A DNA stretch of 64,000 nt from Eledone cirrhosa (GCA_964016885.1 OZ024760.1:29574001-29638000), one strand, 5' to 3'; numbered from the stretch's first letter, positions 26,826-40,335 are shown. Numbers and translations: made by a program. Notes: a model not told the origin generated them from the sequence alone.

Positions 26826-26967
26826 ACTACTCCCAGAGGATATCTTCTCCTTCCCCTCGATCACCGGAAGATATTCTAATTCAATCATGCCCTCCACAAC
26901 CAGTCTGAAGACCCCTAGAAAGAGTCAAGAGAACATGAGTGATAAAGGTGGAGCAACCACAACTTAC

Positions 26968-27084
26968 CTGCCCCTTCCTTCTCCTCTTCATCAGAATCAT
27001 TATCAACATCAATGATCACTGATGTCACCTCCTCCTCCTCCCAGTCTGTCACACTCCCCCTCCAGTATTCCTGCTCAGCTCCTC
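26968..27084 (-). CDS. ERICH3: ERICH3-like acidic exon
   Basis: ttgtag|GAGGAG..GCAG|gtaagt; 117 nt, phase 1-1. Confidence 0.7.
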
Positions 27085-27139
27085 CTACAATTTTGGTAAA
27101 TAACAACAGAAGATTGCAGGTCAAGGGTCATATAACGTT

Positions 27140-28335
27140 GAAGGACATATCCCTTCCCAACAAAAGGGCTATGTTAGCCCAACAATCTAAACACAAAGAC
27201 ATATCCCTTCCCAACAAAAGGGTTAAGTTAGCCCAACAATCTAAACACAAAGACATATCCCTTCCCAACAAAAGGGTTAAGTTAGTCCAACAATCTAAAC
27301 ACAAGGACATATCCTTTCCCAACAAAAGGGTTAAGTTAGCCCAACAATCTAAACACAAGGACATATCCCTTCCCAACAAAAGGGTTAAGTTAGTCCAACA
27401 ATCTAAACACAAAGACATATCCCTTCCCAACAAAAGGTTTAAGTTAGCCCAACAATCTAAACACAAAGACATATCCCTTCCCAACAAAAGGGTTAAGTTA
27501 GCCCAACAATCTAAACACAAAGACATATACCTTCCCAACAAAAGGGCTATGTTAGTCCAACAATCTAAACACAAAGACATATCCCTTCCCAACAAAAGGG
27601 CTATGTTAGTCCAACAATCTAAACACAAAGACATATACCTTCCCAACAAAAGGGTTAAGTTAGCCCAACAATCTAAACACAAAGACATATACCTTCCCAA
27701 CAAAAGGGCTATGTTAGTCCAACAATCTAAACACAAAGACATATCCCTTCCCAACAAAAGGGCTATGTTAGCCCAACAATCTAAACACAAAGACATATAC
27801 CTTCCCAACAATCTAAACACAAAGACATATCCCTTCCCAACAAAAGGGTTAAGTTAGTCCAACAATCTAAACACAAAGACATATCCCTTCCCAACAAAAG
27901 GGTTAAGTTAGCCCAACAATCTAAACACAAAGACATATACCTTCCCAACAAAAGGTTTAAGTTAGCCCAACAATCTAAACACAAAGACATATCCCTTCCC
28001 AACAAAAGGGTTAAGTTAGCCCAACAATCTAAACACAAAGACATATACCTTCCCAACAAAAGGGCTATGTTAGCCCAACAATCTAAACACAAAGACATAT
28101 ACCTTCCCAACAAAAGGGCTATGTTAGTCCAACAATCTAAACACAAGGACATATCCCTTCCCAACAAAAGGTTTAAGTTAGCCCAACAATCTAAACACAA
28201 AGACATATCCTTTTCCAACAAAAGGTTTAAGTTAGCCCAACAATCTAAACACAAAGACATATCCCTTCCCAACAAAAGGGTTAAGTTAGCCCAACAATCT
28301 AAACACAAAGACATATACCTTCTCAACAAAAGGCT
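27140..28335. repeat. 54-bp intronic minisatellite (about 22 units)
   Basis: Unit aaacacaaagacatatcccttcccaacaaaagggttaagttagcccaacaatct. Confidence 0.95.
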
Positions 28336-28371
28336 ACGTTACCAAATAAATATAGAAAATTGGAATATGAC

Positions 28372-28511
28372 CTTTAGACCAGTTTTCTCCAAGACTTCCA
28401 CCATCCCCCAGCATTCCCTCAGTGTCATGAATCTGTTGAATGGCAGTTTCTGGACTTTTTCTATGAGACATCTTCCTGTGTTTCTTCTGACTCTCCTTCT
28501 TAAACTTGCAC
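28372..28511 (-). CDS. ERICH3: ERICH3-like exon after DUF4590
   Basis: ttttcaag|GTGC; phase 2-1; continues PCAR-CKFKKE; the donor gtcata is weak. Confidence 0.65.
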
Positions 28512-28589
28512 CTTGAAAATGAAGCAACCAACATTTGTGAAAGCCATGAAAACATGTTGCTATTATCTTAACAATAACTTTTTCTAATA

Positions 28590-29285
28590 AGGGTCTTTGG
28601 AGTAATGTTACTGGATATCAGAGAGTCACTCCAGGTAGGACCACTACTTCTTCCAAAGGGTCCTTGGAGTAATGTTACTTGAGAGAGTGCATAGCTGGAA
28701 GATCAGAGAGTCAACCAAGGTAGAGCTGCTACTTCTCTGAATCAAGATAGATCACAGTTCCAATACTATGAAGATGTGGTTAAAATAAAAGCAGTCTAAA
28801 GGGGGTTCTTCCAAAGGGTCTTTGGAGTATTGTTACTTGAGTCTGTAGCTCAGAGATGAGAGAGTCACTCCGGGTGGAGCCGTTACTTCTCCGAACTGAG
28901 AGATCACAGCTCCGATACTCTGGACATGTGGTTAGAATGTCTAAGGAAAGAATCACTTCACTGGACAGATTTTATGGGCAAAACCAACTTGCAGGAGACC
29001 AAGAGGTAGACCCTGAGCAAGATGGCTGGATAACATCCATGAGCTTGGCTGGTCTTGCTTGGGGACCCAGCTGGATCAGTTGGAGACAGTTGCTTCTGAC
29101 AGGACCTGCCTGAGGGAGTGTTGGAGGACTCTGCCCCCCTTGACCCTCTCAGGAATTAGTTGAAGAAGAAGGAGAAGGAGAAGAAGAAGAAGAAGAAGAA
29201 GAAGAAGAAGAAGAAGAAGAAGAAGAAGAAAAAGAAGAAGGCAAAGAAGAAGAAAAAGGAGAAGGATGAGGTGAAAAAGAAGAAG
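28590..29285 (+). mobile_element. Expander/RTE-type LINE 3' relic with local duplications and (GAA)n tail
   Basis: RESLRVEPLLLRTERSQLRYSGHVVRM..RRPRGRP; leading segment repeated about 3 times. Confidence 0.75.
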
Positions 29286-29307
29286 ATAAATAAATATTGC
29301 TAGAAAC

Positions 29308-29494
29308 CTGGCACACGGCATTGATCCCTTCACACTGACCAGGACAAACTGTCCCTGGGGTCCACCTAAGACGCTACCCTGCTGGTGTCTGTATTCACAA
29401 CAGGCACTGACCCTCAGGTGTGAAATTCCGTCCAGGTAAACACTAAGACTGAACGGGAAGTTGACGTGACGGTGAGAGGTGAACGTCAAGTTAT
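29308..29494 (-). CDS. ERICH3: ERICH3-like exon, DUF4590 core
   Basis: ttttcag|..CCAG|gtttct; FTSHRHVNFPFSLSVYLDG..RVSACCEYRH..LGG..PC matches ERICH3 as I recall it (FPFSL..RLSSCCEYKH..LGG). Confidence 0.9.
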
Positions 29495-29677
29495 CTGAAA
29501 ATAAATGACATCAGATTGTAAATATTCCTTAATGAGTCTCCCTGAGAAGTCACATGACTGCAGCAAATATAATAGGGATTCCTAACTTAGGCACAAGTGC
29601 AGCAATTTTTAGGGACTTTATTTCATCAAACTTGGAAGAATGATAGACAAGGCTATATATATATATATATATATATA

Positions 29678-31310
29678 GGAGGAAATTGTAGTTTACTTGA
29701 AGCATTGCGTAGTGAGGTATAAACGTTTGGAGTTAGAAGGTCAGAACAATGCAGGTATGGATATAGAATATAAATACAAATGCAAAAGATATCACTGACA
29801 ATTAGTCTTTTACCTTAAATTTATTTGAATATCCTTAATTTTCGAGATAATATCTCTTCTTCAGAGGGAAGGAAAGGGGTTAATCCAATGTTCTAATTAG
29901 CTTGCCAAGTCAGGAAATAGTATAGAAATTCCATTCTATTTCTAATGTCAAAGAGTAAAGGTTAGGTGGATAAAGGGGTTGTTTTTCTTTAAAATGGTTT
30001 GGACATGTATGTCTAAGTGTGTGTGAGAGAATAAGTGAATGTGTAAGCGTGCGTGTGTGTGTGAGTGTGAGAGGATATGTTTATATGTAAATGTGGGGCT
30101 AGATGCTCTATCATGTTAAAACTGGTCTATGTGCGTGTGTGAGAGAATAAGTGAAGGTGTAAGCGTGCGTGTGTGTGTGTCTGTGAGATGGTGCGTGGAG
30201 GTGTAAGTGTGGCGCTAGGTCCTCTATCATGTTAAAAATTGGGTGTTGAGTTCTAGTCTGTTATTGATTGGTGGTTGTGTTTTGTCTATAATCAGTGCTT
30301 CTTTAATTCTAAGATTGCCGAGGTTTCTTTCCTTAGCTTCTATCCTAACTATGTTTTTGTCGGTGTTTTTGCATTTAACTAGGTGTTTCTTAAATGAGGA
30401 AGCGTTAGTGTTGAGGTGTTCTTTTATTCTTATGTGGAGTGGTCTGGTGGTGCTACCTACGTAGAAGTTGCTGCATTTGTCGCACTCTAGTCTGTATACG
30501 ACGTAAGCCTGGTGGCATAGGTCTGTGTCGTTGATGGGGCAGTTGGCTAGCCTGCAGCGGCTGTCATGTCTGGTGGAGTGTTTTTTGGTTAGCTGTCCAC
30601 GTAGAGAAGGTCCTGAATGGGCCAGTTGGATAGTCCCTCTCGCCTGATAGCTCTATGGATGGCTGTTGTTGTTTCGTTACTGAAGTGTGGGAGCTTCAGG
30701 AAGCAGGTGTTAGTGCCTCGGGTGTGGTGTCCTCTGTTGTTTCTGGCACGGTTCGCGGTGGACGTCGGGTATCCGTTTAGTTTAAGTACTTCCAGGAAAT
30801 GTGTGGTGTGTGTGTCTCGGTCTCTTGCATCGGTGCATTTGTTCCGGATACGTGTTAGTTCATTCCTTATGTATCTGAACTTAGCGCTGACTGGGAGGGC
30901 TGATCTGAAATGTTCGAACAGGTTTCTGCTGGCGGCTTTTTTATAGAAGCAGGTGTGGATGTCACCTTCCTCTGTTACCCTGAGTTGGAAGTCCAACACG
31001 GATAGGGATCTGCGGTCATCGGGGTGTTCCATGCTGGAGAATGTCATGTATATTTTATCCGCTTCTTCATGGGATGAGTATGTCACCTACATATCGGGTG
31101 AAGAAGGTATAGGAATGGTAGGTGTTGGGGGCTCGGCATTCCAGCTGGTTCATATAAGTGATGGCCAGCAAGCCCGATAGGCTGGATCCCATGGGTAATC
31201 CTGTTGTCTGGCTGTATGTGTGGTGGTGGAAGGTGAAGTACAAAAGCTGGTGGGTGTCTGTCGGATGGAGGCCGTAGCAGTGGACGTCTTCTGCGACCAC
31301 GCAGTCCGTC
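29678..31310 (-). mobile_element. Decayed 5'-truncated Penelope element (RT-GIY-YIG) with 3' pLTR
   Basis: QTTGLPMGSSLS..RYVGD, LSVLDF, VVYRLECDKC..YVGSTTR.L..RIKEH..EAL; frameshifted; (TA)n at both ends. Confidence 0.9.
29830..29870 (-). ncRNA. Minimal type I hammerhead candidate
   Basis: CCU-CUGAAGA-A-GAGAUauuAUCUC-GAAAAUUA^AGG; short stems I and III. Confidence 0.5.
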
Positions 31311-31664
31311 AATAAATCAATAAATATATATATACACATACATACATATATATATATATATACATACATACATACATACATATATATGCGCTCATATATT
31401 CACCTAGCTTATGCTAACAGAATAACTATGAAGCTTGTCTCCTTCCTTCTACGGTTAGCTCTACTCTGTTGTTTTCCTGTCTCACTCGCTTTACGCGTTT
31501 TAATTGTCCTAATAACTTAATTTAGTTATTATTGCACCGACGTGAGGTATATGATTTTTAATGCAATGAAATATCTATGATCGTCGGCAAATCACTGATG
31601 AGGGACTTATTTTATTACATGTTATCCATGTGCTACCAGCAGTATTTTTCTCCCCATTTTATTA

Positions 31665-31699
31665 CATATATATATATATATATACATACATATATATAC

Positions 31700-31760
<61 letters not shown>

Positions 31761-31842
31761 TACATATATACACACACATACATACATATATATATATATA
31801 CACACATACATACATATATATATATACACACATACATACATA

Positions 31843-31876
<34 letters not shown>

Positions 31877-31905
31877 CACACACACAAACATATATATACA
31901 TCTAT

Positions 31906-31936
<31 letters not shown>

Positions 31937-32033
31937 CACACACACAAACATATATATACATCTATATAAACACACACACACACATATATATATATATACA
32001 CACACACACAAACATATATATATACATCTATAT

Positions 32034-32095
<62 letters not shown>
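31665..32095. repeat. (TA)/(CA) microsatellite
   Basis: Direct inspection. Confidence 0.9.
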
Positions 32096-32100
<5 letters not shown>

Positions 32101-32254
32101 TGTTGTCGTTGTTGCTGTTGTTGTTGTCCTTCATTTCACTACTGCTGTTGCTGCAGACAATGGTGTTGATGCTGTTATTGCTGTCGCATATATACAAATA
32201 CATACACACACACACACTCAACACAGACGATGGTGTTGTTGCTGCTTACTGGTT

Positions 32255-32309
<55 letters not shown>

Positions 32310-32904
32310 GAGACGTATAGAGATTGTTTTAGCAATATATATATATATATATGTGTGTTGTTATTTCTGCTTGCATTTTGCATATATACATATATATATC
32401 TATATATCAATGCTTGCGTGGACCCCTCTTAAAGATTCGTTGGATTTTCTAATTGGATACCCCGACACTGGATACCAATCACTGAATACACCTGAACTTC
32501 TACCAGGAAATCTTTCATATCAGTGAAAAATTTTCTTTTCTTTGCTTCATATATATATATTATATATACTTGTCCGCCATTGCAAAAGGCCATAAATTCA
32601 AAATTTTGAAGAGAGAGGAAAAGAGAGAAGTGATCTATGAACTTGTAACATCTCACTGACCCCCCCGTCACCACAATAACAATAACGCCTACACTCGCTC
32701 CCCACCATCACCACATTACTCTAAGGTCGCTGTCCTGTCCCCTGTTGACATACTGCTGACTCTCCTTTGATGTATGTATGTGTATATACATATGTGTATG
32801 TGTGTGTATATGTATATCTCAGTAAATGCGACCAGATTTCAACACAGCAACAACTACAACAACAACAGCAGCAGCAGCAGCAGCAGCAACAACAACAACA
32901 ACAT

Positions 32905-32942
<38 letters not shown>

Positions 32943-33083
32943 ACACCATCGTCTGTGTTGAGTGTGTGTGTGTGTATGTATTTGTATATATGCGACAGCA
33001 ATAACAGCATCAACACCATTGTCTGCAGCAACAGCAGCAGTGAAATGAAGGACAACAACAACAGCAACAACGACAACAACTAC
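32095..33083. repeat. Inverted duplication of about 150 bp (32095-32245 / 32934-33083)
   Basis: Reverse-complement match next to a CAG/CAA tract. Confidence 0.85.
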
Positions 33084-33469
33084 AATAACAACTACAGCAC
33101 CAACAACTGCCACCACCATCACTGACCATCCACCACCACCACGCTGATACCATCCACCACCACCACACTGACACCATCCACCACCGCCATTACCAGCATA
33201 AAGCAAACAATTATTATTGTTATTGTTATTATATACAAGCCGAACTGGACTGGGAAAGGTCAACAGTTGACATGATAGTGATTTTGACGATTTTGATTTT
33301 GATTTTGTATCAATACTGTCGGTAATATATGTATATATATATATGTGTTTGTGAGTTGTGTGTGTGATTGTATGCATGAATGAGTGTTGGTATGTGTGGT
33401 TGTGGTTTGTATACATGAGTATTGGTGTGTGAGTCGTGTCAATAAGTTTTTTTTTTTTTTTTTTTTTTT

Positions 33470-36400
33470 TAGTGACCATGCTGTAAAATGGAGGGGTAGA
33501 GAGGGCCCTTGAGTCTAGTAAGACATCCTCTCTAGTGCTGGTGGCACAAATAAAAGCACCCAGTCCATGCTGTAAAGTGGCGCTGGTGTTAGGAAGGGCA
33601 TCCAACCAGTGTATCAATGCCAAAAAGCTTATCAGCACAGCAACAAAACAGCATAGGAAAATATGAAGACGTCGCATCTCAGAGTTGCAACACTTAATGT
33701 TGGCACTCTCAGAGGTAGATCTGCTGAAATAGCGGAGATGCTGGAGAGAAGGCAGGTGGATGTGTGCTGCGTGCAAGAGGTGAGATGGAGAGGTGCCTCT
33801 GCGAGACTAGTCGTAGGCAAGCGTCTTAGCTATAAGCTATTCTGGGTAGGTAAGGATGATGGGTTAGGGGGAGTAGGCATTTTCCTGGCTGAGAAATGGA
33901 TCAATAAGACAATAGAGGTAGTTCGAGTTAGTAATCGAATATTTAAGCTTAGATTAGTTGTAGGTAGGAGACTACTGACAATCATCTCGGTCTATGCTCC
34001 CCAAGCAGGCCTAGGCAAAGATGAGAAAGACTGCTTTTATGAGCAACTTTTGCAAACAACCACAATGACAGAGGACGGAGACATCGTTATGCTAGCAGGA
34101 GACTTCAATGGTCATGTTGGACAGCTCCAGGATGGTTACACTGGGGTACATGGTGGGCACGGTTACGGTTCAAGAAATGAAGAAGGAGTGAGACTTCTTG
34201 AATTTTGTGATGCGAGTACATTGACTATTTGCAGCACAAACTTCCAGAAACCTGCCAATCACCTAATAACCTACAAATCTGGTGAGCACATAAGCCAGAT
34301 TGACTTCCTGCTAGTTAGGCAGCGGGACAGGCAGATAGTGTCTAATACCAAGGCATACCCTGGGGAAGAATGTACCCCGCAGCATAGGTTAGTTGTTAGT
34401 GATATCTCAGTAAGCAAGAGATGGAATGAGACATATAGGAAGGTGTGGAGAAGAAAGGGCTGGAAGCTAAAAGACCTTTCACTAAAATACAAATTTAGGA
34501 AAGCCCTTCAAGATGTATATGACGAAAAAGAAGACGATTTAGAGACGTATGACATAGATAATAACTGGAAGTTCTTACGTGACAACTTGCTGCAGGCTAG
34601 TGATGAAACCTGTGGCTGGAGCAGAGCTCCAACCAGACAGAGAGTGACCTGGTGGTGGAACAGCACAGTAGATAAGGCTATTAGAGACAAAAGACTAGCA
34701 TGGAAGGCTTGGAAAAAGGGTGGGAGTAGGGAAAAATATACAGCCACTAAGAGAGAAGCTAGACGTCAGGTGTACTTAGCACGCAGGGAGGCAGAGAGTA
34801 GGAGGTTTGCCAATGTTCTGCGACGGGAAGATCAGAGGCGTGCGGTGTTCCAGATTGCAAGGCAGTGTGTCAATGCAAATCAGGATGTTGTTGGAGATAA
34901 ATATGTCCGGGATGATGCCGGTGTACTTAGTGTCACGAATGACCAGAAAAAGGAGGCCTGGAAATGTCATTATGAGAGACTGATGAATGTGGAGAACGAA
35001 TGGGAGAGAGAGAAATTACCCTTGGTAGATCCGACAGAGGGACCAGCTATTGAGATTGACGAATATAGGGTCCAAGAGGCGATTAGGGAAATGAAAAATG
35101 GTAAGGCGGCCGGACCATCGGGAATAGTTGCTGAGATGCTGAAGGCATCAGGGGACGTAGGCACTAAACTGGTTGCACGCATCATCAATCAGGCTATATA
35201 TGGTGGTGTCATACCCAAAGACTGGTGCAGCAGTATTCTCATAAATTGCTACAAAGGTAAAGGGGATGCTTTGGAGAGGAGCAATTATAGGGGTATAAAA
35301 CTGATAGATCAGGTTATGAAAGTGGCAGAAAGGATTTTAGCACAACTAATTAGAGAAAGGGTCAAACTAGATGAGATGCAGTTTGGTTTTGTGCCTGGGA
35401 AGAGTACAACAGATGCCCTCTTCTTGGTGAGACAAATGCAAGAGAGGTTCTTAGAGAAGAATAAGCCACTATACTTAGCCTTTGTTGACCTAGAGAAGGC
35501 CTTTGATAGGGTACCCCGATCTGTCATCTGGTGGTCCCTAAGGAAGCTAGGTGTTGAGGAATGGCTTGTGAGGACAGTGCAAACTTTGTACAGAGGTACT
35601 CTCAGTAAAGTCAGGGTAGGAATGGAGTTTAGTGAGGAATTCCAGATACAAGTAGGAGTACATCAGGGTTCGGTCCTCAGCCCGCTCTTGTTCATTATAG
35701 TCCTCCAAGCCATAACAGAGGAGTTTAAGACTGGCTGTCCATGGGAACTTCTCTATGCTGACGATCTGGCTCTTATAGCAGAATCAGTAGAGGAGCTAGA
35801 GAATAAATTCCGGCTATGGAAACAGCAGTTGGAAGCAAGAGGACTGAGAGTAAATCTAGCTAAGACAAAAGTGTTGATGAGTAGAAAAGAGGACAAAACC
35901 CTGATTCCGTCAGGGAAATGGCCATGTTCGATATGCAGAAAAGGAACTGGCATAAATTCTATAAAATGCACACAATGCAGGTCCTGGGTACACAAGAGAT
36001 GTAGCGGGATAGCAGGCAAAGTAACAGGTAGGGAGAAATATGTATGCAGTAGATGTACAGGGAAATTAGACAGTAGAAGTCGCACTGATAGACACATTTT
36101 TCAAATGCGAGAGGGCGCTATAGAAGTGGTGGATAGCTTCCAGTACCTAGGAGATCAGATTAGCATGGGAGGAGGGTGTTCCGAGGCCATAGTATCTAGA
36201 ATAAGGACGGGTTGGAAGAAGTTTAGGGAGCTGCTTCCTCTGTTGGCGAAGAAGGGTTTCTCCCTGCGTACGAAAGGCCGGTTGTATGATGCCTGTGTGA
36301 GGAGCGCGATGCTGCATGGTAGTGAGACATGGGCAGCAACCGCAGAGGATATGTGACGGCTGGAGAGAAATGAGGCAAGCATGGATGTGCAGTGTAAATG

Positions 36401-36750
36401 TGCGTGAACGACCCAGCATAAATGTGTTGAGAGAGAAACTGTGTCTGAGAGGGATAGAATGTAGTGTACGGGAGAGGAGACTGAGGTGGTATGGACATGT
36501 GATGCGCATGGAGGATGACCGATGGGTGAAGAAGTGCCAGGAAATGCCAGTTGAAGGAAGACGTGGTAGAGGTAGACCACGAAAAACATGGGCGGAGGTG
36601 GTGAGAACAGACCTCAGATCATTGAAGCTCACGGTGGAGATGACGAGGGACCGTGACGAGTGGAGAGATGCTGTGCTGAATAAGACCCGTCCCACCCTTG
36701 CAAGCAGGGAAAAGCGGACGTAAAATGATGATGATGATGATGATGATGAT
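33470..36750 (+). mobile_element. Near-full-length RTE-clade LINE (APE endonuclease + RT), inactivated near the C-terminus
   Basis: 897-aa ORF 33663-36356: TLNVGTL, VQEVRW, GDFNGH, QIDFLL, FVDLEKAFD, QGSVLSP, YADD; TGA then an 8-nt deletion; (GAT)n tail. Confidence 0.97.
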
Positions 36751-36986
36751 ATACACACAAAATAAATATATGTGTGTACATGTGTCAATATTTATGTTTA
36801 CTTAAATCTCAATGTTTATCAGTTTGACAGAGATCAATAAATCAATAAACTAAGTCCCAGATCAATATGATTGATTATAAAGAAAAATAACATTGAAGGC
36901 AGTGCTCCAGCATGGTCGCAATCTAATTACCAAAACCAGTGAAAGGAAGAAACTAACAAAACAAAACAAAATGTCAGTTTAGTTAC

Positions 36987-37161
36987 CCTGGGGTAAAAGT
37001 TTTCCCTGGTATACACACAGGGTATTGCCTCCACAGTGTTGTTGGTGAATGAGGACTTCGGTTTCACGAACAGAACATCCTGGCAGTTTCGTCACATGTT
37101 TACCCAAAAACTTCATGGTCACACTGCAGTTGGTCCTCAGTTTAGCCTCGGCATTACATCT
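36987..37161 (-). CDS. ERICH3: ERICH3-like exon, DUF4590 start
   Basis: ttgcag|AGATGT..CAGG|gtaact; VTMKFLGK..QQHCGGNTLCVYQGKL. Confidence 0.9.
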
Positions 37162-37844
37162 CTGCAACAGAAAACATCAATTGACATTTCTAAAAAGGTT
37201 GGGGAGGGGGAATATTAGAAAGGAAATTTATATAATAATAGTGAAAATTATTAGTACAGTTCTCAGGTGTACTTCAACTCATCAAAGGTGCATGTATAGT
37301 ACATAGAATAATTGTTTCTACTTTTGGCACAAGGCCAGCAATTATCCCAGTACCTTACTGGTACTTTATTTTATCGACCATATAAGGATGAAAGGCAAAG
37401 TTAACCGTGGCAGGATTTGAACTCAGACCATAAAGGGCCATAACTCTATGCTGCAAAGCATGGTGTCTGACGCTCTACCGATACTGCCAAACCATATATA
37501 ATAATAATGAAAATTATGTGTACAGTGCTCAGGTGCACTACAACTCATCAAAGGTGAAATGTATATTAAATAGAATAATTGTTTCTACTTTTGGAAAAAG
37601 GCCAGCAATTACCCAGTGCATTATTGGTACTTTATTTTATCGACCCCGTAAGGATGAAAGGCAAAGTTAACCTCGGCGGCATTTGAACTCAGAATGGTAA
37701 GGGCCGTAACTCTATGCGTCAAGGTGTATAGTAAATAGAATAATGTACAAATGTGAGAAAGGTGAACAAAGTTTGTTTGTTATGAACTAATTTAGCACTA
37801 AACTTCACCTTTTGTTTTCATTGGTCAACATATATGCTTCAGCA

Positions 37845-40250
37845 TTCAGTAATAAGAAGAAGGGAGGTAGGTGTAAAAGACAAACTCCCTATCTTCAGTT
37901 CAGTAATCAGAAGAAGGGAGGTAGGTGTAAAAGACAAACTCCCTATCTTCAATTCAGTAATCAGAAGAAGAGAGGTAGGTGTAAAAGACAAACTCCCTAT
38001 CTTCAATTCAGTAATCAGAAGAAGGGAGGTAGGTGTAAAAGACAAACTCCCTATCTTCAATTCAGTAATCAGAAGAAGAGAGGTAGGTGTAAAAGACAAA
38101 CTCCCTATCTTCAATTCAGTAATCAGAAGAAGAGAGGTAGGTGTAAAAGACAAACTCCCTATCTTCAATTCAGTAATCAGAAGAAGGGAGGTAGGTGTAA
38201 AAGACAAACTCGCTATCTTCAATTCAGTAATCAGAAGAAGGGAAGCAGGTGTAAAAGACAAACTCCCTATCTTCAGTTCAGTCATCAAACGAAGGAGGTA
38301 GGTGTAAAAGACAAACTCGCTATCTTCAGTTCAGTAATCAGAAGAAGGGAGGTAGGTGTAAAAGACAAACTCCCTATCTTCAGTTCAGTCATCAGAAGAA
38401 GGGAGGTAGGTGTAAAAGACAAACTCCCTATCTTCAGTTCAGTAATCAGAAGAAGAGAGGTAGTTGTAAAAGACAAACTCCCTATCTTCAGTTCAGTCAT
38501 CAAAAGAAGGAGGTAGGTGTAAAAGACAAACTCCCTATCTTCAGTTCAGTAATCAGAAGAAGGGAGGTCAGTGTAAAAGACAAACTCCCTATCTTCAATT
38601 CAGTAATCAGAAGAAGCGAGGTAGGTGTAAAAGACAAACTCCTTATCTTCAGTTCAGTAATCAGAAGAAGGGAGGTAGGTGTAAAAGACAAACTCCCTAT
38701 CTTCAGTTCAGTAATCAGAAGGGAGGTAGGTGTAAAAGACAAACTCCCTATCTTCAGTTCAGTAATCAGAAGAAGGGAGGTAGGTGTAAAAGACAAACTC
38801 CCTATCTTCAGTTCAGTAATCAGAAGAAGAGAGGTAGGTGTAAAAGACAAACTCCCTATCTTCAGTTCAGTCATTAAAAGAAGGAGGTAGGTGTAAAAGA
38901 CAAACTCCCTATCTTCAATTCAGTAATCAGAAGAAGGGAGGTAGGTGTAAAAGACAAACTCCTTATCTTCAGTTCAGTAATCAGAACGGAGGTAGGTGTA
39001 AAAGACAAACTCCCTATCTTCAATTCAGTAATCAGAAGGGAGGTAAGTGTAAAAGACAAACTCCCTATCTTCAATTCAGTAATCAGAAGAAGCGAGGTAG
39101 GTGTAAAAGACAAACTCCTTATCTTCAGTTCAGTAATCAGAAGAAGGGAGGTAGGTGTAAAAGACAAACTCCCTATCTTCAGTTCAGTAATCAGAAGGGA
39201 GGTAGGTGTAAAAGACAAACTCCCTATCTTCAGTTCAGTCATCAGAAGAAGAGAGGTAGGTGAAAAAGACAAACTCCCTATCTTCAGTTCAGTAATCAGA
39301 AGAAGGGAGGTAGGTGTAAAAGACAAACTCCCTATCTTCAGTTCAGTAATCAGAAGGGAGGTAGGTGTAAAAGACAAACTCCCTATCTTCAGTTCAGTAA
39401 TCAGAAGAAGGGAGGTAGGTGTAAAAGACAAACTCCCTATCTTCAGTTCAGTAATCAGAAGAAGGGAGGTAGGTGTAAAAGACAAACTCCCTATCTTCAG
39501 TTCAGTAATCAGAAGAAGGGAGGTAGGTGTAAAAGACAAACTCCCTATCTTCAGTTCAGTAATCAGAAGAAGGGAGGTAGGTGTAAAAGACAAACTCCCT
39601 ATCTTCAGTTCAGTAATCAGAAGAAGGGAGGTAGGTGTAAAAGACAAACTCCCTATCTTCAGTTAAGTAATCAGAAGAAGGGAGGTAGGTGTAAAAGATA
39701 AACTCCCTATCTTCAGTTAAGTATTCAGAAGAAGGGAGGTAGGTGTAAAAGACAAACTCCCTATCTTCAGTTCAGTAATCAGAAGGGAGGTAGGTGTAAA
39801 AGACAAACTCGCTATCTTCAGTTCAGTAATCAGAAGAAGGGAGGTAGGTGTAAAAGACAAACTCCCTATCTTCAGTTCAGTAATCAGAAGAAGGGAGGTA
39901 GGTGTAAAAGACAAACTTCCTATCTTCAGTTAAGTAATCAGAAGAAGGGAGGTAGGTGTAAAAGACAAACTCCCTATCTTCAGTTAAGTAATCAGAAGAA
40001 GGGAGGTAGGTGTAAAAGACAAACTCCCTATCTTCAGTTCAGTAATCAGAAGGGAGGTAGGTGTAAAAGACAAACTCCCTATCTTCAGTTCAGTAATCAG
40101 AAGGGAGGTAGGTGTAAAAGACAAACTCCCTATCTTCAGTTCAGTAATCAGAAGAAGGGAGGTAGGTGTAAAAGACAAACTCCCTATCTTCAGTTCAGTA
40201 ATCAGAAGAAGGGAGGTAGGTGTAAAAGACAAACTCCCTATCTTCAGTTC
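37845..40250. repeat. 54/51-bp minisatellite (about 45 units)
   Basis: Unit tcagtaatcagaagaagggaggtaggtgtaaaagacaaactccctatcttcagt. Confidence 0.95.
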
Positions 40251-40335
40251 GGTGTTTGTGTTAATCTTTACCTATGGTCATGAACCTTGGGTAATTACTG
40301 AAAGAATACGATCATGAATACAAACGGCAAAAATA
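40230..40335 (+). mobile_element. Expander/RTE RT fragment continuous with the array
   Basis: KLPIFSSVFVLIFTYGHEPWVITERIRS*IQTA. Confidence 0.7.

Noticed and set aside
31593-31615. CTGATGAG GGAC motif
   Set aside because: No closing stem II or GAAA downstream
33472-33605. Possible HDV-like ribozyme at the RTE 5' end
   Set aside because: Partial P1/L3-like elements are present, but I could not fit P2 and the catalytic junction; needs a descriptor search on the family consensus
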